NCBI RefSeq assembly: GCF_020745735.1
Contig: NC_083409.1
Coordinates: 16,230,789-16,294,788, forward strand
DNA from: Hemiscyllium ocellatum
Taxonomy: Eukaryota
Direction of reading: 5' to 3'
Length of the DNA stretch: 64,000 nt
The position numbers and the translations under genes are program-made. This document shows positions 56,405-64,000 of the stretch, piece after piece; position 1 is the first letter of the stretch, and each line of letters begins with the position of its first letter. The notes beneath the pieces are model-generated. The model did no database searches and was not told where the DNA came from. It saw nothing but the letters and a program-made list of their open reading frames with translations.

Positions 56405-59400
56405 ATTTCAAATGAACCTGTTAAGCTAGAGCCTGTTGTTGTGTGCCTTCTGACTTTGTATTGTGCGGGCACAGTGATCCAGCTGCCTTCCAGTAACTAT
56501 AGAGTACTTGCAATGCAGCTGAGGAGTATGGGTAATGACTCCTTCCATTAGCCCGTGAACACACCCGCAGTCATTCCAGTGGATTCCAGTGGGAATGACC
56601 TGTCAGTTGCTTCCCAGATATTACATGGTTCACCATCGCCATCTCCAGGACAATTTGGGAAGGGCAACAAATAACCGACACGTCAACGCCCACCCCATAC
56701 CAGGAGAAATCAAAATAAATGGCATATAATTCAAATGATCAAACTGGTGAGGCTTGATTTCATCTCTTTGAAAGACTGGAGCCTTGCCCAGAAACAGAGC
56801 CTTGAAATGGGTGAACCTGGTTTGTCAGACTGCAAGGTGGTGAATCTGGTTTGTCAGACTGCAAGGTGGAGTGTCCTTCGGATTAGCAGTGGGATCAGCA
56901 AAAAAAATCATACGCAGAGATCTAACAAACAGCCATCAAAGCATGCCCCCAAAGTGCAAAGACCAGTATTTGAAGCTCCACGTCTCCATCTCTATCCTTC
57001 CTTGTTGCCCTTCCTCACTGTCCTGCAGAGGGCGGTAGTGAGCCATGAGTTTCTCGAAGAGGATCTGACAGAGGGACAAGGTCATGTCCTCGGCCTGAGC
57101 ACAACTGCCTGACCTGCTGTGCTTTTTCAGCACCACACTTTTCGACTCCGAGCACAACTATCCCTCAGGAGAATGAGCTGTGGCACAAGAGGAAACGTGG
57201 GAGTGTTGGAAAGGCACAGGCAGCCTGGTCAGCCTGCAGAGGGGCAGAAACAGATTTGATGAATGAGCTGATATCCTTCCAAGCTGAGATGCAAACTCAG
57301 GCTTTCAGAGCCACACAGTTTACATTGTTACTGACCGTGGCTCCATGGACAATGTTCCTGCCTCATCGTCAAAATGGTCATCGGATTGAAAGCCACCTCA
57401 GAAATGAGAGAACAGAATCCAGGCCGAGACTGTGGTGCACTACTGAAAGTTGCACAGTCTCTGGCACCATCATTTGAGGCTCCACCACCACCACACCCCG
57501 ACCACCCCCACCCCCACCTCAGGGGGCTCGACAAGATCCGATTCTGAAGAGATTCACTCGGGAGTCCTGCTCAATATTCAACTAGTGCCAACAAAACAGA
57601 TTTGTTTTGTCATTCGTTTACTGTCTGTGGGACGTCACCATCTTGTCCGTGAATGTGACTGCTCTATGCTCACAGCTTTGAATATTCTGAGATGATTAAA
57701 AAAAAACTGCACCAAGAGTTCTTTCCTCATTATCATGTAAAAGGAAAGCAATTAGCAAGTGATAATGCACACTGAGCGTAAACACTGAAGCTTCAGCTGA
57801 AAGGCTTTTTGCACCATGTTAACCTGCTCCTTGGGCATTTCCTTCCAATGTCCGAGATGGTTATCAGGCTGGGATGGAGGCTGACAGATCACATGGAGTC
57901 CTTCAGGCAAGGTACACAAGGGCACAGTCCAGGCTTGTTGCAAATCTTGAAGGGCTGGGAGATTCTCTGTGGCAGTTTCTCGTGCACATCCTCCATGGAA
58001 TTATCACAGATTTTACTGAAATGGAATTAACTCAGAGAGGGGAAGGAAATGGGAAGAATTAACCAGAGAAGGGTGAGCATCAAGAGAGGTGGGAGTGTGT
58101 GGAAAATTCAGTGCCATTAAAATTTCCAACTGGGTTTCACAAGGAAAACTCAAATCGTTACCAGGATATAACAGGGAGAATCCTCACTGACATAAACAGG
58201 CTGAGTGTCAGAAACCCTAAGCCTCCGGTGCCCGACTCTCTCTGAGGCATTACAGTTCATGTGTCAATAAGGGAGACTTGGTGACATGGGGTTATATTAT
58301 AATCAATGACCGGAGAGGCACAGATTAAAGATAAATGGCCAAAGGTTAAGAGGGAAGATAAGGAAGCACATTTTGACCCGGAGGGTGGTGACAGTCTGGG
58401 GCTCACTCCCTGTAAGGGTGGTTGGGGCAGAAACTCTCCCATAACATTGAAGTATTTCGATGTGAAACTGTGATGCCAAGGTATACAGGGCTACAGGCCG
58501 AATGCTGGAACATGGAATTAGAATGGTGAGGTGGTGGTTTTGACTGGGGCTTTGGCTCATTGGGCCAAAGGGCCTTGTTCTTGTAGACCTGTGGCAGATG
58601 TCTGACTCTGCCAGGACTCCAGCAATGTGGCTGACCCTTACCTGCCATTTGAAAGGCCCAGCAAGCCATTCAGTTTCAGGGCAGTTAGGGATGGAGAACA
58701 AATGCTGGTCTTATCAGTGACACCCACATCCCAGGAAAGAATAAACAGCCTCAGTAACACCGTCACCTGAACCTGCAGGTTTTCATGCCCCACTCCAGAG
58801 ACTGGAGCACTATCCTGAGGCTGGCAAAGGCAAAGATGATCGGTTAAACCACTGCCCTCTCAGGTCAATGTGAATGTAAGGGTTTTCTGATCATCTCAGA
58901 CAAAATTCCCCCCCCCCCCCCAGTGTGCTGACCAATACTTCTCTTATCACCAATGGCATCAACACAAATACAAAAACAAAATACTGCAAATCTCAAATAG
59001 AAGCGCGATGTTGGAAAAACGGAACAGGTGCAGCCTCTGTGGGGAGAGGAGGAATTACCTTTTTGAGGTTCAGTGATGTTTTATCAAAAAAGCAGCACCA
59101 TTTTATTTTATTCCATTTTAAGTTGTTTTATTTATTTTATTTAAATTTTGTTGATCAAATTTTAGCCCGCTTGATTGGCACCATTTCCACACACATCCAT
59201 TCCCTCCACACCAACACTCAGTAACATCTGTGTGTTCTATTTACAAGATGCACGGCAATAAATTCATCAAAAGTCCTGAGGCAACACCTTCTAAACCCAT
59301 GATTACTTGAATCAAGATGGACAGGAGCAGAAGATACAATGGGAACATCACCCCAGCAAGTTCCCTCTAAGCTATTCACCAGTTTAACTTGGAAATATCA

Positions 59401-60621
59401 TCACTGGGTCAGAATTCTGGAATTCCCTTCCTCAGGACATTGTGGGTCTACCTACAGCACAGGACAAGTAGAGATGGACAGTAAAAAGGCTGGTAAAGGT
59501 AAGAGGAGGTGTGATTTGGGACCAGAAAGTGAGACTGTGATGTTTCAGTTATTCCTGGACATTGGTGTGATCACATCTCAAATACTGTATTGTGTGTAGT
59601 TTTGGTCTGCTTATTGAGGCTAGAATATAAATGCATTGGAGGTGGTTCAGAGGAGTTTTACCAGATTGATCCCTGGTATGAGTGGGCTGTGTGATGAGGA
59701 AGGATTGGAAAGGCTGGCCTTGTTCTCAGTGGGGTTTAGAAGAGTGAGGGGTTTTCCTGTCCCACTGTATTCTCCAACCCCCTATCTGCTTCCCTCATGT
59801 GTCATACCCTCCTGCCCCTGACTACACGAGGAATTGAACTGTTTAGTCTTGAGGCCTATAACTTCCTTCTGGAACTAATCCTCCAGGTCTCTCCGGCACT
59901 CCCTGATGTATCACTGCTTTTTCAATTCAGCCTTCATTCCAAACTCCCTGAGTGGGAGCTCCTGTAGTTTTATACATTCACTGCAGATGTATTTACCCTG
60001 AATCATTTCAATGCAATAAAGAAATGTTGATCTCACTTACAAATGAAAAATATCCATTCCTTCATTAGAGCAGTAATTGTCTTCAGTCTGTTTTGAAGTT
60101 TCAGTACTTTCCATTTATTAAACTTCCCTAATGGACATGTCCTGAAGCAGTCTATTTAGACAGTCCCTCAAACTAAACAAATCTCAGATTCCTATTTTCT
60201 TGTTTATCATTTTGTTTCATTCAAACCAAGTGCGTGTGCAGGCTCCCATCAGCTGAAGTGACGGTTCCAAATCAGGTTGGAAAAGCAAAGGTAGGCTCCT
60301 TCTCTGAGTTCAACAAACTACCACACTGACCAAACTTCCCAGCATTCCCCTCTGTGCTGGCTGCACTCAGTGCGAGCTGCTGTATATAGGCTGCCCTGTA
60401 TTTATACTATTTCTGATTTATATCACTCCATTCTGTTGTCCTGTTGTTCAGGATATGGGTTAAGCTCACCCATTTCTCAATCAAAAGCTTCCTTCTTTCA
60501 GCCTGAGAGAGACTTTACATTTGCAAACAGGAAATATGACTTCAATGCTGGAATCTGTTCTCAGGATTGATGGGCTCGATGATTTGATTCAGTGAAATAA
60601 CCTCGTCTAATCTCTTCAGGG

Positions 60622-61020
60622 GCTGACATTTCAGGTGTAACTCTTCTTCAGGAAGGTGGGATAGGTGTGAGGGGAGTTGCAGATAAAGGGGTGGGTTGGA
60701 GCAAGATGGTGAGGTGGGGATAGTTTGAGAAAAATAGAGAGTATGACCTGATTGGTCGATGGGAGAGATGAATCCAGAATCATCCCTCCCCTCGACCAAC
60801 CAGGTCCTATCCTCTACCTGTCTCCACCTATCCCCATCTAACCACCCTGCCCCGCCACTCCCTTTAACTGCAGCTCCCCCAAACCCACCCATCCCACTTC
60901 CTGAAGAAGAGTTACACCCAAAACATCGACATCTCCACCTCCTGATGCTGCCTGACTTGCTATGTTCTCCCAGCCTCCTGCTTGTCAACCTTGGATTCCA
61001 GCATTTGCAGTTTTTTTGTC
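60622..61020. mobile_element. Older palindromic PLE pLTR insertion
   Basis: Perfect 16-bp TSD TCTAATCTCTTCAGGG at 60606-60621 and 61021-61036; two outward-facing decayed CTGAAGA-AGAGTTACACC motifs. Confidence 0.82.
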
Positions 61021-62281
61021 TCTAATCTCTTCAGGGCTCAGGATGAGTGTGAGGAGATTGGGCTTTGATGGAACTACGCACAGAATGAAGTCAAAAGAAG
61101 CAAAGCAAGAAAGGCAAGTGGATCGAATACAAGAGAGCAAGTTGTGAGGGAAAACCAATTATTACCAGTTTGGCAATTACAAAGGAGAGAGTGACAACAT
61201 TGAATTGCTTCTGGTGTCATCCTCTGTGCCCTAACATTTCACAGAGCCAGCTCCACATCCATCCATTGGCTTTGTCATTGAGAGTCAAGTTCCCTTCCCA
61301 CAGCCCTTTTTAAAATGTCCTGTACCAGAGAGGCTGAGAATATTTCACCTTTTCTGGGAAGGATAGAGAAATATAGGATGTCAAGGAGCAGATTCTCTGT
61401 CTGACAGAAGGATGTGTGTAGTCTGTGGATTCTGGAGACAGATCACTGAGATATTCCTCACTCCCATCAACACCTGACTTTATTCCGACATCAGTTTCTA
61501 TTCTTCATTATAAAGTACCCCCACCAGTTTCAGACTAGACATTTCACACCCAGCCCCCATTTCCTCACATTGGAATCAAGAACCAAACTTGCCCCATCTC
61601 AGGATTGCCCTCTGAATGTGGTGTCAGTGTGCTAATGCTGTGTTTGATGAAAGAGCCACAGTGGAATCTGGGACTGAATCCAAGGGGTTTCTGAGCCCCC
61701 AGCAGCCTCCCCGCTGTGTGAGATTCTGTTTGGATAAGATTTCAGCCCCATGGTTCCCACTGATACTAAAACCATGGAGTGAGATTGCTGGAGCCACGTG
61801 TGGACTGAGGAACACAACAGTCAGGACAATGAGCTGCTCTGGAATCCACCCTGAGCCCTGGGTGATCCTCACTGAGATGGCCCAGGGGCTACAGAATATG
61901 ACAGCAGAAGGTTTATCATTGATGGTCCTCCCCAGCCGTGACTCCCAGATGCCCCCGGATTGAACATTCTCAATCTGACCCCATGGACACACGGGGCAAT
62001 TCCATCCCATTTGAAGAGGAAAGAAAACCCAGGTCTAATTTATGGAATATGTATTTCTCAAACCCTGTAGAATTGTTATTCTGAGTAACAAGAGCCTGCT
62101 GGTCATATTCATAAATACAGGGTTCCCAATGGCAATGGCTCACAAACAGTTGAGTTGAATTTCTTGGCCTAGGATCTTGTTGAGCCTAAGGGATGGGTGA
62201 GGGAATTTCCATCAGATTATTGTGTTCCCCAGTGTCCCTTCCTGCCTTCCTTCTTTTCTCCATTTATTGGGAAAGAATTCC

Positions 62282-62625
62282 GTGGGTGGCACGGTGGCAG
62301 TGGGTGGCACGGTGGCACAGTGGTTAGCACTGCTGCCTCACAGCGCCTGAGACCCGGGTTCAGTTCCCGACTCAGGCGACTGACTGTGTGGAGTTTGCAC
62401 GTTCTCCTTGTGTCTGCGTGGGTTTCCTCCGGGTGCTCCGTTTCCTCCCACAGTCCAAAGATGTGCAGGTCAGGTGAATTGGCCATGCTAAGTTGCCCGT
62501 AGTGTTAGTTAAGGGTAAATGTAGGGGTATGGGTGGGTTTGCGCTTCGGCGGGTCGGTGTGGACTTGTTGGGCCGAAGGGCCTGTTTCCACACTGTAAGT
62601 AATCTAATCTAAAAAAAAATCTAAA
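62282..62625 (+). mobile_element. Young HE1-type V-SINE with duplicated 5' end
   Basis: GTGGGTGGCACGGTGGCA twice; CpGs retained; AATTCC at 62276-62281 and 62626-62631. Confidence 0.9.
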
Positions 62626-62842
62626 AATTCCTTGGGGCCCTGCATTCCTTCTGAAAGAACCCCTTCTGGACACAGTTGTAGAATTGCCCTCCTGCTCCAG
62701 GGACCCCATTACTCCCTCGATTCTCCCCCTCTTGTTCCAGGCCTTGAAGTTGGAGGTTAACACTTCACACACCTTTCCCTGAGGTTTCAGCTCTGGCCAT
62801 TTCCAAAGCACACACAGAGACAGAGACTGAATCTTCTTCATC

Positions 62843-62848
62843 TTTATT
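62843..62848 (-). terminator. Probable polyadenylation signal of the right-hand cluster
   Basis: TTTATT, positionally homologous to 38616-38621. Confidence 0.7.
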
Positions 62849-63373
62849 CCCTTTTCCAGATTGACATTGACAGAAAACAGTCAGCAATTAACAGCCCAGA
62901 CAGAGGAAGCTGCTCAAATTCACAGCCACAATGGAGCTTGAGGAAAACACTTGTGGAATTTTTCTCAATAACATAAGAATCCTGTCCCTTTAAACAGTGA
63001 CAAAACATTAAATTGGAACTAGCGACTGAGCAGGAAGGAGATCTGGTTTACTGAAGCAGAGACTTCTGAGGTTCACATTATTTTGTACAGCTGACAGTTT
63101 TCAGCATCTTTGAGAGGTTTTACTTGGCATCACTAGTCTTCACTGTCCAATCAAACACTCCTAGAACAGGGTCAGCATGGGGTTTGATACAGAGTAAAGC
63201 TTGTTTTTGATAATTCCAAAGACGTGCCTTAACTCGTGAACGTCAGACGTGTCTCTGAGCCAGTCCTGAGAAGGAAGAGAATTGAAATTCAGTGCTGACA
63301 ATGACCTTTGTCCTGCCAGCTCAGCCCTGTTCTGTTTAAAGTTGTATCTCCTCTGTGGACTGTCTCAAACACT

Positions 63374-63701
63374 CTACACACATTCTGATCTCTTGATGCT
63401 CTTGCTGAGGGGAGAGGGGAGGGTCACGTGGGTGAGGGCACAGGAGAAGCGAGCGTCAGACTCCCAGTCAGACCCAGAGAGGGTCAGCAGGCTGCTGACA
63501 CTGTAGGTGCTGTCCGAAGCTCGCAGGTAGTTGCTGGTCTGAACCCCATCCGAAATGATTGCACCGTCCTTCTTCCACTGCACCTCCAGCTCATCGGATA
63601 GAAGTGATTGGCAAGGCACACCAGGGTGGCAGTGCCCTTGGCATTGACCTGCTCCGGGGAGGGAGGTAGCAGGGTCAGCTTGGGCTGAGAGTTGTCACGG
63701 C
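63374..63701 (-). pseudogene. IGKC: Second Ig kappa-type constant exon with 1-bp deletion (pseudogene or assembly error)
   Basis: 328 nt vs 329 nt; TATCC-GATGAG vs TATCCCGATGAG at 63596-63597; otherwise ~95% identical to 37640-37968 with an intact acceptor at 63702-63703. Confidence 0.85.
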
Positions 63702-64000
63702 CTGAAAGACAAGAGAAACTATTTTAATCCCTGTAATTCAAAGGGATTTCAACTCTGTAGGTTCACTGGCAAAACAATCCATTTGAACATTTGTATCCAA
63801 TACCTAACAAGCCCCATAAAAGGACAGGGACTTTTAAAATTGCTTCTTGTTATGTGAGTGTCACTGGAAGGGCCAGCATTTATTATCCATCCCTAATCGC
63901 CGCTGAGAAAGTGATAGTGAAAGAGAAGGGACAGTTTTGGACCATCATTTTTGGAATGTATGTGAGCAGCTGAAAGGGCTATCAATGGGGGAGCATTTCA

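Noticed and set aside
60230-60530. Possible 3' enhancer of the second cluster (CAGCTG, AT-rich MEF2-like, Ets-like)
   Set aside because: Only partial motif matches and no paralogous conservation to support it
62282-62370. tRNA gene
   Set aside because: A/B-box-like head belongs to the V-SINE; no complete cloverleaf or anticodon context
37969-63373. Kappa-deleting-element-like 23-RSS downstream of C
   Set aside because: Heptamers checked (41155, 42157, 46125 and SINE-borne ones) lack a nonamer at 12 or 23 nt

Overview
Cartilaginous-fish (shark) genomic DNA from an immunoglobulin light-chain region, kappa-type (shark type III / NS4-like) cluster organisation; species cannot be fixed from sequence alone. 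One complete unrearranged cluster lies on the + strand: promoter ~27885-27980, leader 28041-28089, V 28276-28572 with a canonical 12-RSS, J 29084-29118 with a 23-RSS, an 8.5-kb intron, C 37640-37968 and AATAAA 38616. A second paralogous C exon with a 1-bp frameshift lies on the - strand at 63374-63701, tail-to-tail with the first. An inverted duplicate of the upstream region (2351-3275 vs 21588-22482) suggests a third cluster head-to-head just outside the left edge. Most remaining DNA is retroelement debris: CR1 and L2-group LINEs, HE1-type V-SINEs, other SINEs, and Penelope-like elements (PLEs) whose pLTRs carry minimal hammerhead ribozyme motifs. Main leads: (1) a 243-bp, ~95%-conserved block with MEF2/RUNX/PU.1-IRF/E-box motifs, a candidate shark Ig-kappa enhancer; (2) the only in-frame J donor is a non-canonical GC; (3) a set of short TSD-flanked hammerhead-bearing pLTR insertions whose breakpoints cluster at the ribozyme; (4) extra lone RSS heptamers just after J. 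No prokaryotic features, CRISPR arrays, rRNA or true tRNA genes were seen. TE boundaries are approximate and all identities are hand counts.
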